Shown here piece by piece: positions 51,061 to 64,000 of a DNA stretch of 64,000 nt; the first letter of the stretch is position 1; each line of letters begins with the position of its first letter. The DNA is from Tubiluchus corallicola (Eukaryota; Animalia; Priapulida): contig JAQGDQ010000070.1 in NCBI GenBank assembly GCA_030141605.1, positions 620,001 to 684,000 of the forward strand, written 5' to 3'. The position numbers and the translations under genes are program-made. The notes below the pieces were generated by a model. That model was given only the letters and a program-made list of their open reading frames with translations, searched no databases and was not told the origin of the DNA.

Positions 51061-52334
51061 AACCAAAGTATGCTAAAGACCATAATAGTCCTTCACTACT
51101 TAAAATGTGTTCTCATTCACTAGAGTCATTTAAATTTCCCATTTAACGCAAGTCTTTTTGCTTTTTTAAACTGATTTATTTAATTGAAATTTAATTTTGA
51201 AGTCAATAAAGAATTTAAGTATCATAAATTTCTGTACATGCATATAGGCGTCACAGTAATAATTACACCGCATTTTGTTTTATCATTTCCTTTAACTATA
51301 GGATTGCTGGTAAGAATCTGTGGGTATTCATGGGAAGCATATTAACTAAAAATAGGTAATGAAGATCATCAAAATCTGAAAAATAAAACATCCTGCACAC
51401 TAAAGCACTTGCATTGGTGGTCTGATCTGGACTGGTGCGCCTGTCTCCCATTTGGCCGGTCTTGACTAATCTCCTTTCATAAGCTCAAACGGAATTGAAG
51501 AAAAATCTCAATAAGTTATCAATGATTTTTAAGCTCTGTGTATGAGTACGAGTCGTTTAAACGTTCTAGGATTTTCAAAGCTTCATTTACATATAGAGTG
51601 AATTTTATTATAATTTTAGGGACTTCGCCGTTTCTTACAGCTGGTTGAGTCTAGACTGTCCTCGTCGATCTTTATGTCGTAGAATTAAGTATTCAGGGTG
51701 TTTTTTAAACTGTTTGCATGGCTTCCAATTCTGATGTTGAAACTCGCCTTAGGGCACCCTGGCTCCATAGTACAACAAGTGTTTTAGCTGTTGAAAATCC
51801 TATGTTACATATACGGCACATTTTTGTCCAAGAATTTCTTTTAGCTTCTGCAGCTGTTACATAAAATTAAAAGGAACATCATAATTGTTACAACACTTAG
51901 CGCAACGACCAATTAATTGAAGGGAGGCATCGAAAAAAGTGACTTAACCACCACTTGAACTTGAACTTGAACCAGAACCTTGGAGTTTTCAGGGCAGAGC
52001 TGGTCAGAATTCTCATCCTAATAGCGCGCAGTCAATCAGAACCACTTATCTAACACTAGTGAAATTGCAGCAAAAATTTCCATAGTTATTTATGATCAGG
52101 CGTTCTAAATGTTAAACATCTGCTTGACACTGCATGGAGTTCTTATTGTTAAATGTGTTAAAAATTGCCACACCAACAGCATACTGGTGCTCTTCATATG
52201 CTGAAATCTTCGAGATCCTCTAATCACGTAACTTTTTTAATACACTTAGCCGAGGGAGTTGACCGTACATAATCTTTTGCACCTTCCTGTTGAGTCTCTA
52301 ATACACACTTGGTTTATTAGTCAGAGGAATTACA

Positions 52335-52444
52335 GATCACTAATTAGTTGATGGAGGCGTTTAAAAACTGTGACATAACCAGAGCTTGAACCCAGAAACT
52401 TGCGCTTTCAGGGGGCACGCTCTGCAATTTGAGCTACTGGGTCA
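52335..52444 (-). mobile_element. tRNA-derived SINE head, with a second decayed copy at ~51905-52000
   Basis: Minus strand gacccagtagctcaaattgcagagcg...ctgaaa...gggttcaagctc contains A-box-like and B-box-like motifs. The downstream sequence is shared with the 51905-52000 copy. Confidence 0.6.
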
Positions 52445-55400
52445 CACCTACACCTGATCATAGTAAACGAAACATCGTCAGCAAGCTAATTCTTTACAAA
52501 AAGTGATGAAGACAGCAACTAGTGCACCAAAGACCCGAGGTAAAACTGACTATGATTTTCCCAAAATCTAGCATACACATATTCCTAGAATCAGTGCTAT
52601 TGATCAATAGTTACTGATTAATAAATAAAATTACACATCAAACCATCAGCTATCTCAGCCTCTTCATTACGAAGCTGAATCGCCGCGGGGTTGTAATCCT
52701 GGTTTACTCAATAATCGCTACAAATGCTACCAAGACTGATTTCATTCTTCTATTGATCACTGACTCTCTATGACCTAATCTACTTAGAGCTGTTACCATT
52801 TAATTTGTCTAGTGATTTACCGCTTGACCTTGAGTTGTAGTACTGGATTTGGTCCATCTCGATGCTGCATGGTAGCTTTGATGTAGAAGGGAATCATGTG
52901 AGAATCTTAGAACTTTTTATACGAAGCTTTGTTGGAGGTTTAGCTTTTAAAGTTTTAAGGGCAAACCTGATCAGAGCAGCTATAGTATTTTTTACTTTTC
53001 CTATCTTTGGTCCAAACTGAATAAATTTGTTGAATAAATGGCAATAGGGGAAACAGGTTCTTGCCTTTTGGGGCACTGTTAAGTTTACAAAAGCAATTAC
53101 AAAGTTTAACAGCGTACGATTTGGTTAACAAGCAGATAAGTGACTATCAAGGAACAAAACAGTGAAAGAGTGATGCCATGTACCATACTGCTATCTGCAT
53201 TTCTTGTTGATAATTTGGTCACTTGATATGCCAGTTTTTTCTCTCGGGCCTTGTACCTGTGAAACTTTTTGCCAGGAAATTGTTTGCGTTTTTTTCGTAT
53301 GTTTCAAGAAGAGTTTCAGGCTGTGTCGTATTCGTAATGACTAGCAAATTAGTAACTGGCGAACAAAAATATTGTAAACCTTGTATAGACATTGAGCATT
53401 GACCATACTTGCACTGTTCCGTAATTGTTGTGCCTAGAAGCTACAGCTAATGCTTGCTGTTACCTTCAAGGCGCATTTAATAAGCATGATTTCATTTTCT
53501 ATACAGAAATTGAGTATACCTGCTTTATTAGCTGCGAGGTGTGCAATAATCATTTTTAGTTACATGGTGTAGAATAGTGCACTTGGCAATAGCACCGTTA
53601 TCATTATTTTTGAACAGCAGTAGAATAAAGTTCGGCACAGACATTTCAGCTGCGCAGCAAAAAGTTGTAATTTATGCTCAGAATTTTAGTTACACTATTT
53701 AATTTTAGTAATGTACTGTTTTGAATGTGAGCGCGCAGACATACATTTTATTGCACTACTATTAATTAAAACATAGTAGTTAACCATAAGAAAAAGGCAT
53801 TTTCTTAATGAAGAGGCACTACAAAACACATAAAAGAGACAAAAGAAAAATTAATAAAGATAAATCATATATTTGCTACCATCTTTCAAGAAATTCAGTG
53901 ACACTTGGAAATTGGGGACCAAACTTTATTGAAAAAAACTTTATTGAACCAAACAATGACCAATGAGTTTACAGTGCAGATCAGATTTGTCACAATAATA
54001 CAACGCGGTTAGTTATACAATACAATACAATGCAGTGCAATACAATGCAATGCAATACAATACAGTGCAATATAATACAATACAATAAAATAAAATGCAA
54101 CAAAATATGATACGACGTTTTCGTTTCATCGGTTTTGTACCTAATACCATTAGCTACTCCCACTACACCTCCTCCAACTGGCTGAAACTATTTCTGGTAT
54201 GAAGTTCCATACAACGTTTTGGTTTCATCAGATTTATACGTAATACTGTTGACTACTCCCACTACCATTATTTCCACTGGCTCCGATTTGGAATTGCTAA
54301 TATAGAATAAACATGACACAAATGTGTAGTTATTCACAGGTTTCTTGTTACAGGAATTTACTCAGTTGTCTTATACATTTTTGCATAATTACTATTACCT
54401 TTTTGTCAGTCATTTTATTCCTCTTTTTCCCTTCTATTCGGATAACAAAAATACTTATTGTACGCTTTAAAGTTTAAACTGGAGCACACTTGTTTCATTT
54501 GTCCAATGCCCATGTCCAGTTCGACATGGCCCTATAGGCATCTGATGCCTTCTTGTATAAACTTAGGCTCAAAAGTAACCAGTTTAACTGCCTCTGCATT
54601 ATGATAGGTATATCTCATTTTTTCACACAGCAAAAAATAATGTTCTTAGTAACTCTTAAACAATAGTAACCAGAATCAGGAAACTTAGAGGGTAGACCAC
54701 TTGGAATATGGAGTCAGACAATGGGATGCTTAAAAAGCAGGGATTGTTTGAGGGTCCAAATGAAGAACCAAAATAGAGCAAACTGCTCACTCACAAATGA
54801 GCAAATATCCTGGACTAGGCATAGTCAAGTGTTAATTGGTCACAATCACCAGTGCACACAAACTGTCACGTACGAGCGCAATCATCTATAGTTTTTGGAA
54901 CCAGTAAACTACACTGAACTTGGCAGACTAACACAGTTATGCTCGCTGGTTAGGATTTGAAGTAACTGAGCCTTGTTTGTTATTGAGTGTAGCCAAAGGT
55001 AGCAGTAGATAGAGATCATCAAAATATGCAAATCGCTGCTTAGATTCATTGCATAACATTGCTTATTATTCTAGTGCTATCTTCAGAAATTGTGTTTCAT
55101 TAATGAGCCTAACTAATCGCAGTGACTGGGTTTCCATTGTTTTTTGTAAGTGACACTGGTTATTGTTATCCATCTATAAAAAACCGTTTTGCCAAACTTT
55201 TCGCAATACGAGTGTGACATAATAGTCTAAGCCTTTGCAAATTCGATATGCTGCAGAGATTGCTTGTGTATCCCAGTGCTCTATGTTAAAGCACTTGCAG
55301 AAGTGCTACTTTATAACCCTTCCGTGACTGTACGTTTTTTTATCATTTCTTGGTAGTTTAGTAAATTTATAAGTCCTCTGGGATCCTTCAGTTCTGTTTG

Positions 55401-55574
55401 TCTTATCCTAATCCTGTCGCATCAAATACATGAAGTTGCCAAACCCCTGGAGTGCTTAATGGCTGCTTGGGTTGAGTAAAGTAAAGGTAATCTATTTAAA
55501 ATGTGTCAGCTAACTGATCATGATCTATAATAGTCGAGTGAGAGTTTTTGGAGTTTTACTGCTATTCGTTTAAT

Positions 55575-55576
<2 letters not shown>

Positions 55577-55618
<42 letters not shown>

Positions 55619-55645
55619 AATAATATAATATATAATATATATATA
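55577..55645. repeat. (TA)n microsatellite
   Basis: atatat run that degenerates into taata units. Confidence 0.9.
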
Positions 55646-58057
55646 AATTATTTATTTGTCATTAAAATGGTTCACTCATTATAATAAAATTGAGTAAGCC
55701 TCAGCGTAATGTTAAAATAACAACACTGTCCAACACTATTTTTTTGCACAAAACTTTTCATTATACTAAAATTTTACATTATTTATTTTCTTTATATCTT
55801 TATGTATAACATATTAGTTCTTGCCATTATAATGAAGCACCTTGTAAATTTTTTATGATCAGTAGCAATCTGCTTTCAACGTGTACCTGGGCTTACTGTG
55901 CTCTTTTAGCTGCTTCGATGACGTAAAAACATTTACTGCCCTAAGATTGTCGCTAAAATCTTTTATGCCCTAATAAAATTAATTAAAATTTGCCATAAAC
56001 CATTTTGCCATTGTGCACAGTAATTAGTTTATGGAGCAATTAGTTCGTCAAAGTGAGTTTGCGGGGAATTATTAATGGACGTATTACAAGGACTGAAGAG
56101 GATGTTTTCTCAACTGTGTTCATATAGATGAGCAATTTATTGATCTAAGCATTCCATTATCTAGCCTTGCTGAAACCTTAGGTAGGTCTACTAGTAAACT
56201 TGGCCATCAATCCATTACTGTTTTTTTCAGTGCTCTTTCCATCGTAACCAAGAATTTCAAACAGAATCTTGTTATACGAAGCTGGAAATTGACTCAGTCG
56301 CAACTCACATTCCGTCTGTGTTAATTTTCAACAATATTCGTCCATTAAAATTTTACTTTAACACAAAATGTGAAGCCAATTTTGACAAAGTGGTACATTC
56401 TACTGGAATCTTCGGAAATTACAGATTCCCACCCCCATAGATAGACCTGCACAATACATGTTAATAATAATCCAAACAAATTGAATGAAACAAAAGAGAT
56501 CGGATCAAATCAGGACGGGACGGGAATACAGGACACAGGACAGGACATGATAGGCAAAGGCAAGAAGGCCAGGAAAGGCGAGGAGAGCAGAACAGAATAC
56601 GACAGAACAGAACACTTCTTTTGTCCAAACTTGCCTGCGTTCAAATGTGTCCTGTCTGAAGTTACAAGTATGTGTTTAGAATTTCCTGCTTCCAAATTTC
56701 CTGTACCCAAGTGTCCTGTGTCTAAAAATTGAAACAGCCTTACGTTTAAAATAAACTTATGGTGAAATATCCATATGTCTGCTATTGCTGCTTTGCGGGT
56801 TGCTGCTCGACGTGCTGGTTCTAGTGTACTGTTAAGGCTAAACATCGCTACTGTTCCAGTCAATATGGCTGTCATACGTACACGCGCTTTTGAAACCCTT
56901 GTTACTGTAACTGCTACAACTGCTGTTAATGCATATCTAATCGCGTCTTGAAATAGGAATTGTTAACTTAAACGTTAAACTTCTTGTTTTTCAGAACAGA
57001 TTGTTAGGTAGCTACAGCTATTTATAGATTGATCGGCAAATAAATAGGTGGGTAAGTATTTGTAGATTGGTCGGTAGGCATAGGTATTTGTCGGTCGGTA
57101 GTGAATTATGATGAAGATGTAGTCATAATTTCATACAAGTAAATGTTGAGTAGACAACTGCAAAACTATTTTAGCAGAGCAAGATAAAACACGATATTCT
57201 GGTTAAGGAGCAGCGATGAGGGAGGTGTGCGTGTCAGCTTAAGCCCCTCCAAGTTACGCGTGTGTCTGACGCCAGTAGGCTTAAGTAAGTACAGCTGATG
57301 AGGGGACGGGTGGGTTAAGTAAGTTTTAGATAGACAGGTTGATATGTAGGAAGAAGGGTATGGGTAGGGTAGGTGGTTATGCACGTAGGCAAGAGGCCAT
57401 GCAGGCAATAAATAAAATAGCATAATTAGGAAGCTGTAGTTAGAAAGGTATGGGTAAACGGAATATAGATGGGTAAGTACTAAGTAGACGTGATTTATAG
57501 GTATCCGCCGTATAAGTAAAAAGCTTTGAAGAAACATGAGCCAAAGATTAGTGAGCAAATAAATGTGTAGGTGGTGAGGTTGCTATTTGCAGAGCTACTG
57601 TATTTGCAGATTTACTGCATAATACAGGACTTTACAATATGAGTACGAGGTCCAGTAGGCAGGTAGGTAGTGACAACCAAGTGTCCATTGCCCAACAACC
57701 CATTGTCCATTGCACACGTTGTTCATCGTAAGCTTTCGTATTATGAGCTTCGCATAATCATTTCTCCCACGTGGATCTCTTAATGGCAGCTTTCGTGTAA
57801 CACGTGTTTTTTGCAAGTGTTAGCTAGCACTGTTGATTGACTATAAATTAAGTTTACAGAGTATTTATAACAATAGACATTTATGTCAAACCCGCATTAC
57901 CGTTTATGCACTAACTCTTTTGTTGCCCCCAAGGATTAGTTGAATCACGAATGTTTTGAAAATTTTAGTTCTGTTGCTTACATCAGTGCATGGTTCAAGC
58001 TTCATCAGAATGATTCAGTATTCAACATTCTTATAATTATATTCATTGTTATTTCAG

Positions 58058-61000
58058 TTCCTGTACAAGCCTACGCATTCCTGGGTTCAGTTGCAGCATT
58101 TTTGGTCATTTTGGTTGTTTTCTTCCTCTACTTGAACAAAAAGTTGTGTTTCACTGAAATCGGTGGTTTCCCGTGTTGTGATAAAACTTTGAAGAAACAT
58201 GAGCCAAAGTCAAAGGAGCTTGGTAAGTCCTGTTATAAATTTGAAAAGCTTTCACATAATTATAGTTTCTTCGGGTAATCTGTCATATCGTTTTATCGGC
58301 ATCTAGTCGCCTGGTCAATCTTTTTGGCAAACTAGGCGACCTTTTCTAGTAACCCAGTCCGAAGGAAATTAAATAGATAAAATAATTTCAATTGTAATTT
58401 TTACAATTGTACTGTATGTTTCACAATCTATTGTATCGCATACTCCTGTATGTTGAATTTACTCGAGTTTCTAGACTTTTTTATTCCTCATATCTGGGTT
58501 ATGTTGTTTCTAATTTTTGTCTGCACTTCTCTTTCCATGAGTTTCATGTATAAAAGTCTAAAATTTGGCACAGTAATAATTAAACAGTCCCCATTTCTGC
58601 AAAAATTTGGTCTGTTGACTCATTGGTGTATAAATTTAATGAAAACAACAGTGTAAAGTTCAGCAGAATTAACAAAATATTGAAATGCAGAATTAACAGA
58701 TGTAGTCTAGTGTTTATCTTTCATGTGTTTTTGCATAATTAACATGTTTGTGAATATTTTTTAGCCATGCATGTACATGTACTTTATGTTTACAACTTGA
58801 GTAAAGTAGCATAAGTGTAACTTAGTCTAGCAAACCAATGCAATGTGGAGTAGCATGATGTCGCATTAGGTGACATAGCACAACACAATACAACAGTGAC
58901 TACGAGAGAACATTTATGTAACTTGTTACGTGACTCAAGTAATCAGCTGTCTCATTGTGGCAGTTACATTACATTACATTACATTACAAGTTGGCAGTGG
59001 TTAAAATGATATTAATTACTGTATAGGGCCTAAATTATTTCCTGGCAACATGTTTTAATGAATATTTCATTTAAGCTGCATATAATGTACTTAATGATTT
59101 TAGATTACACCATGCTAGTTATTACATACAAACTACACATTATTAGTTTCAAATTACGGTACCTTGTACTTTACTGAACAGTGCATTATTACATAAGTTG
59201 TGCTATATAACACTCGTTTATCATTATTTTATAACTGTTGTTTGCAATTATTCTTTTTTCAGGAGAATCATGTTTTGGTACTAATCTTTGCTTTTTCCAT
59301 GTGTGAACATGTGCTTTGTTCATTCGTTTACTCATATTGCACATTTTGTTGTCACACACTTGCTCGTTTTGCGTTATTTACAATTACAAACATATTCATA
59401 GTGCATCATGAATTCTGTTGCATGCGTGTCAATTTTTGCATTGTTTTCTGTTAGACACACACTCGCCTCGCCTTTCCTTGTTCACTGCTAAGAATACTAA
59501 TTTTGCATTGTTTTCTATTAGTCACGATGGCCCACTCATATATATATATATAATAATCTTTATTTGCCATTAAAAACATTGATAATCACTGATAAAAACT
59601 TTATAGAGATAATCAATCAGTGTTAGTTAATAAAAACTTACACTGCTGAAGGCAAATGCGTCAGTGCAATCTAAACTACTGTGCAGTAATGACGAATAAA
59701 ATCAAACATATTTACAACTATACACAAAAAAAATATAAAAAAAAACTATGATTTAATTAATATGGCCGTGGGTATATGAATTCGGAATTAGTGTGTATGT
59801 TGTCGTACTGGTGTGATGGTATTTCATATCTGGTTAATATTAGTGATTTTAATTTTGTTTTAAATGCTGATAGGGACTTGATTTGTTTAGCCTGTAATGG
59901 TAGAGAATTCCAAAGTAAAATTGCTTGTTTGATTACAGAGTTCGTTCCATAGTGGGTATTTGTCCTAATTTGTTTTAGATTGAATGTTCTGGAATTAACG
60001 ATAGGATTTGGAAAAAAGGTAAATCTGTTATTCTGGAATGGTTTGCTGATGTTGTTAATGTATTTAAATATAAAAAGCAGAGTAAAATATTTTTTGTGTG
60101 CTTCAATGATTGGGAATTTTAAAGTTTTTCTCAGGTTAGTTGTTGAAGCTTTGAATTTTTGTCTACCTGCCTTGTGTTTGTATGAGTACCCAGCTATCAA
60201 TCTCAACGCATAGTTTTGAAGGAGATTTAATTTTAAGTAATTTTCTCTTTTGGTTTTTTGAAGTAGCGTACATCCATATAAGAAGTGTGGTAGAACTAAA
60301 GTTTTATATATTAGTGTTTTAGTTTCCTTTGTTAGTTGCCCTTTAACTTGTCGGAGATATGATGTGCTAGATGCCATTTTTGTGTATATGTTATTAAAGT
60401 GATCATCCCATGAAAGATTATTGTCTACTTGTATGCCCAGGAATTTAACATTGTTAGTTTGTTTGATTACAGCATTATCTATTGTCAAAGTGGTTGATGA
60501 TGCATCATTAGTATTTAATGAGGGTGACAGTATCATGAATTCTGTTTTGTCATTATTCATTTTTAGCTTGTAATGACTAAATGCCATATTTATATTTTTT
60601 ATATCTTCTTCTAAATAATTTTTTGCAGTTTGGACATTTTCATGGGCTATGTAGATTGTAGTGTCATCAGCGTATTGCGTTATTTGTGAGTGTTTTAATA
60701 CACTGGATATGTTGTTTATATATAGGCAAAATAATAACGGACCTAGTAGTGTTCCTTGCGGTATACCTCTGTTTAACGTGGCCCAGTCAGAAAAGTTGGT
60801 TGTATCTAACTTTACTCGTTGTTGTCTATCTTTGAGATAATTTTGTATCAGTTTTAACGATATCGAATCTAATCCGATTTGTTTTAAATTATCGTAAAGT
60901 AGTTCGTGATTAATGCTATCGAAAGCTTTACTTAAATCCAAAAATGCTGCTAAAATGTATTGCTTGTTGTCTAAACTATGTCTCCAATTTTCTGTTGTGT

Positions 61001-63399
61001 GTATTAGGGCGTCAATGGTTGAATGGTGTTTACGGAAGCCAAACTGATGTTTTGATAAAAGTTCATGTTTATTTACATATGAATTTATCTGATCATAAAT
61101 TACCCTTTCCCAAACTTTGCCGAAACAATGGATTACGGAAATTGGGCGATAATTCATGGGATCACATTTTGGATCTTTTTTATGGATCCCAACTCACATT
61201 GTTTATTGTTAGTACATACTGTTCTGGCATTATTTTACTGAATATTTGTTCAAAAATGCTAATGGCATTTATTTTGCTCTTACCTGTGCTCACCTTGCAT
61301 TGTAAACCTGCTGTGCATGGTTTGTTATTTACCTGTTAATATAACTTAAATAAGCAAATATTATGTACTCAACTTTCCTCTCACATAATGCTCTTGCTTT
61401 TTTTGTATTCATGAGTTTGCCATTTACCTTATTTATAAGTAAAAAGTTATTAAAAAAGTATCAATAATGATGGTTTTGTAAGTCAATAGTTCAATATTTG
61501 AAATCAGCTTGTATTATGAAATCCTAAACATTTACATAATGCTTAGTAGCATAAGATTTCATTGATAATTTCTCCTAGTTTTGCTGTGGTTACGGAATGA
61601 AAAGTACATAATTTCTATTCTACACAAGTGTAATTTTTATTGCAAATTAAGAGATTTTAGCTATGTTTTGGTTATTTTTCTAATTGTAGCTCTTCTGAAT
61701 TAATTCTGTTTTCACAATTAATTCTAGATTTATTCATAGATGGCAGCATGAGTTAGTTGCGGGAATGTGGGCCTGTCCGTTACTGATATTGATTTGCATA
61801 ATGTACTGTGAAATGTTTTCTGTATGCTTTCAGCAAGGCCTGTGAGAACTGAATATAAGTAACACTGTGATTACGCTGCACCACCATGCTCATTAGGTTT
61901 AATGGTAACAGCTGACGGTAATGATAACTGATGATCCCTTTATGCGGAGCATTTTTATTCTTAATTAAAATTTAATTACTCCAGTTTAAGGGAACTTCAA
62001 AAATGAAGAAACACTTTTTCTGCTGATCATTTCTAATTATTCAGTGACGAGATTTTAACAAATGCCGTGTTAGCAAGAGCTTTTTTTCAAGTTTATCCTC
62101 GATACCCATACGATTGTATTTTACTAATCACGATTTCTTTTTCTTCAAAGAGCTTTGTAGCTGCTGTGACTTCTATTACCTTTTTAATCTGTCGCTTTTG
62201 AATTTTTTCAGTGTTAGTTGCATTTAATACTTGTAATATTCTGGCGCAAAGATGTTGTGCAGAAATTAAACCATGTTTTGTACTTTATCTTCTTGTCTCC
62301 TTTTGTAGTGCAGGTCTCACTAAATTAATAATATTGAAGAACATATTACGTATTTATCAAATAGTTTAGGACATATATGCTGAAAGAATCATTTTGAAAA
62401 ATAGCCACACTTTTTTATTATAAATTGTGAAAAACTGTAGAGTAAAACCTACATATGCATATGTGTGTATGTGTGTGCATGCGTGTGTGTAAGAGAGGAA
62501 CAAAAAGAGAGAGAGAGAAAGGGAAAGGAAGAGAGAGGCAGGAAAAGAGGGAGGGAGAGAGAAGGGGAAAGGATACTGAGGGAAAGAAACAAGTGGGAAC
62601 ATGAGAAAACGATATAATTATTGTATGCCGTGAGTATATTTCCCATAATGCCCATAATATGGCCCATAATCCATGTTCATTCACCAAAAATTACACCAGC
62701 AAATCGTGGAAAGGGTGCTAACCTCACTGCTTATATATATATATATATATAAAACCATATACTATAAAAAACATATACTACGTTAATAAGAATACCATTA
62801 TACAAGTCAAATTCAATAATTTAAACTAAAGACAGAACATAAACTTTGATGTATGAACCCAATGGTAAAAACATAAATATACATAAACACATATTTAAGG
62901 TAGTTACATACACACATAATATTTAATTTACATAAGTGATGTTAGTTATATATGTATATAATTTGTTTTTTAATTTATAATAATTACATCCTGGAACTGA
63001 AACATTTTACAATAAAATTACAAGCAACTTGGAGAATTTCGGAATCGTTTGAGCCTAATAATAATTTTAGTTTCACATCTATTGCATACAGAGAGCTAAT
63101 TTCTGTATAAAGGGTGTTTCTTTGCTGTTCATATCAACCGTTCAAATGTTATGTTACAGGTCGATCATACAACTACGATCAGGATCAGGACTCGTCAAGT
63201 GATAGTGATGATGAGATCTTGCGGCGATTACAAGAGTCCATGAGTGCTCATAGTATTCTCCGGGCATCAATCAGATCAACTACAGCGACAGTACTGCCAC
63301 ATCAGAATTCTGTATCAAAAGATCATGGAACGTGCGACGAACAGCGAGGCCTGATAAAGCAGGGTCAGCTGGATGGCCAAGGAATTGACGTGCAGGCAG
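58058..63399 (+). CDS. SYT14: Synaptotagmin-14/16-like gene, N-terminal exons (continues beyond the window)
   Basis: Exon 58058-58222 (PVQAYAFLGSVAAFLVILVVFFLYLNKKLCFTEIGGFPCC; a TM segment plus the FLYxNKKxCFxxxGGFP motif of SYT14) and exon 63160-63399 (GRSYNYDQDQDSSSDSDDEILRRLQESM). Both are phase 1 with GT-AG borders. Confidence 0.82.
59539..61187 (-). mobile_element. 5'-truncated CR1/L2-group LINE, antisense in a SYT14 intron
   Basis: Starts at IHKK..DPMNYRPIS. 3' UTR with AATAAA and a (TA)n tail at 59539-59552. Possible imperfect TSD cccactca / cccaactca. Confidence 0.9.
59757..61157 (-). CDS. Non-LTR retrotransposon reverse transcriptase (ORF2 RT and C-terminal region)
   Basis: 466-aa open frame with NYRPIS, QFGFR, FLDLSKAFDSI, GIPQGTLLGPLLF, YADD and KFLGI motifs. 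Confidence 0.95.
   Translation of the reverse strand: MNYRPISVIHCFGKVWERVIYDQINSYVNKHELLSKHQFGFRKHHSTIDALIHTTENWRHSLDNKQYILAAFLDLSKAFDSINHELLYDNLKQIGLDSISLKLIQNYLKDRQQRVKLDTTNFSDWATLNRGIPQGTLLGPLLFCLYINNISSVLKHSQITQYADDTTIYIAHENVQTAKNYLEEDIKNINMAFSHYKLKMNNDKTEFMILSPSLNTNDASSTTLTIDNAVIKQTNNVKFLGIQVDNNLSWDDHFNNIYTKMASSTSYLRQVKGQLTKETKTLIYKTLVLPHFLYGCTLLQKTKRENYLKLNLLQNYALRLIAGYSYKHKAGRQKFKASTTNLRKTLKFPIIEAHKKYFTLLFIFKYINNISKPFQNNRFTFFPNPIVNSRTFNLKQIRTNTHYGTNSVIKQAILLWNSLPLQAKQIKSLSAFKTKLKSLILTRYEIPSHQYDNIHTNSEFIYPRPY
62462..62732 (-). mobile_element. Dispersed repeat with (CA)n end, copy 2
   Basis: Highly similar to 39208-39521. Followed by (TA)n. Confidence 0.75.
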
Positions 63400-63720
63400 G
63401 TACGGATGGCAGTCATTATCTGTGAAATATTTAAAGGCACACGGGTTTTAGTATTTCGTCTGTCTTGTTAATAGATGCCACCACGCTACGCATAATATAT
63501 TATTACTGGTGCTGCTAACAGTTGATGTCGCCATCTGCTAAAATTAGAATTAAACTAATGGAAGCTAGGGAAACTGAGTGATCAGATGGTTCTGTTGGAA
63601 CGTTTAACCACAAACCCAGTTGTAAAATTAAAGTGTCCTAAAGTTTCACTTTTGGAATATTTCTGTAAAGATTAATTAACATATGCAGTGCTTGCTTGTT
63701 TCTACTTTTAAATGTTTTAG

Positions 63721-63853
63721 TAATAAGTCTTTTCACAGTTCCAGCAATTGATGATGATCGTGAAAAGGTCAAAGGTTAAGTGTACCAGACAATGCATTTG
63801 TGTACACTTGGCAATGCCTCGCAACCCATGCTGTTGTAATAGTAACAGTTTTT
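63721..63853 (+). mobile_element. MITE family A, copy 3 (left part)
   Basis: taataagtcttttcacagttccagcaattgatgatgatcgtgaaaaggtcaaaggttaa...gctgttgtaatagtaacagtttt matches 14408-14540. Confidence 0.7.
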
Positions 63854-64000
63854 GTAAGTGTCTGTCAAACGTCATTTCCGTGATGGATTTCTGTGGATAT
63901 TTTTAACATTTCTGAACACCAATGCTCAGTGAATGTCTGAGGTAATAGATTTGCAGAACTACATCAGAGTCTTGCTGTAGAGGCCAAGTGTTTCTTTATA

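Noticed and set aside
52372-52444. Possible tRNA-Phe gene
   Set aside because: The stems pair poorly and a second decayed copy with shared flanks lies nearby, so it is better explained as a SINE head.
56481-57558. ORFs of 83-130 aa
   Set aside because: Low-complexity or simple-repeat derived (caggac and ggta repeats), with no recognisable domain or splice support.

Overview
AT-rich, intron-containing invertebrate (metazoan) genomic DNA. Genes: the last exon of a divergent fructosamine-3-kinase family gene (+); an intronless CNOT9/RQCD1 CDS (-) head-to-head with a ~16-exon CCDC61 gene (+), with a ~430-bp near-perfect palindromic element between them; a two-coding-exon OPA3 (-); and the 5' part of a synaptotagmin-14/16-like gene (+) that probably has a ~26-kb first intron. 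Mobile DNA: hAT MITEs with 8-bp TSDs, Tc1/mariner-like and MULE-like MITEs, tRNA-derived SINE heads, two decayed LINE 3' fragments, and a young 5'-truncated CR1/L2-type LINE with an intact 466-aa RT ORF. The most unusual observation is at ~24.9-27.4 kb (-): a frameshifted, intronless relic with motifs in the order expected for the alphavirus-supergroup/nodavirus-like capping enzyme (H...LDVGSAP-x9-YH-x3-P...D, CxH, IANHVY, YxH). It runs directly into a co-oriented LINE 3' end with AATAAA and a (TGAA)n tail, which suggests an endogenised RNA-virus/LINE chimera. All identifications come from manual translation and recalled motifs; no database search was run.
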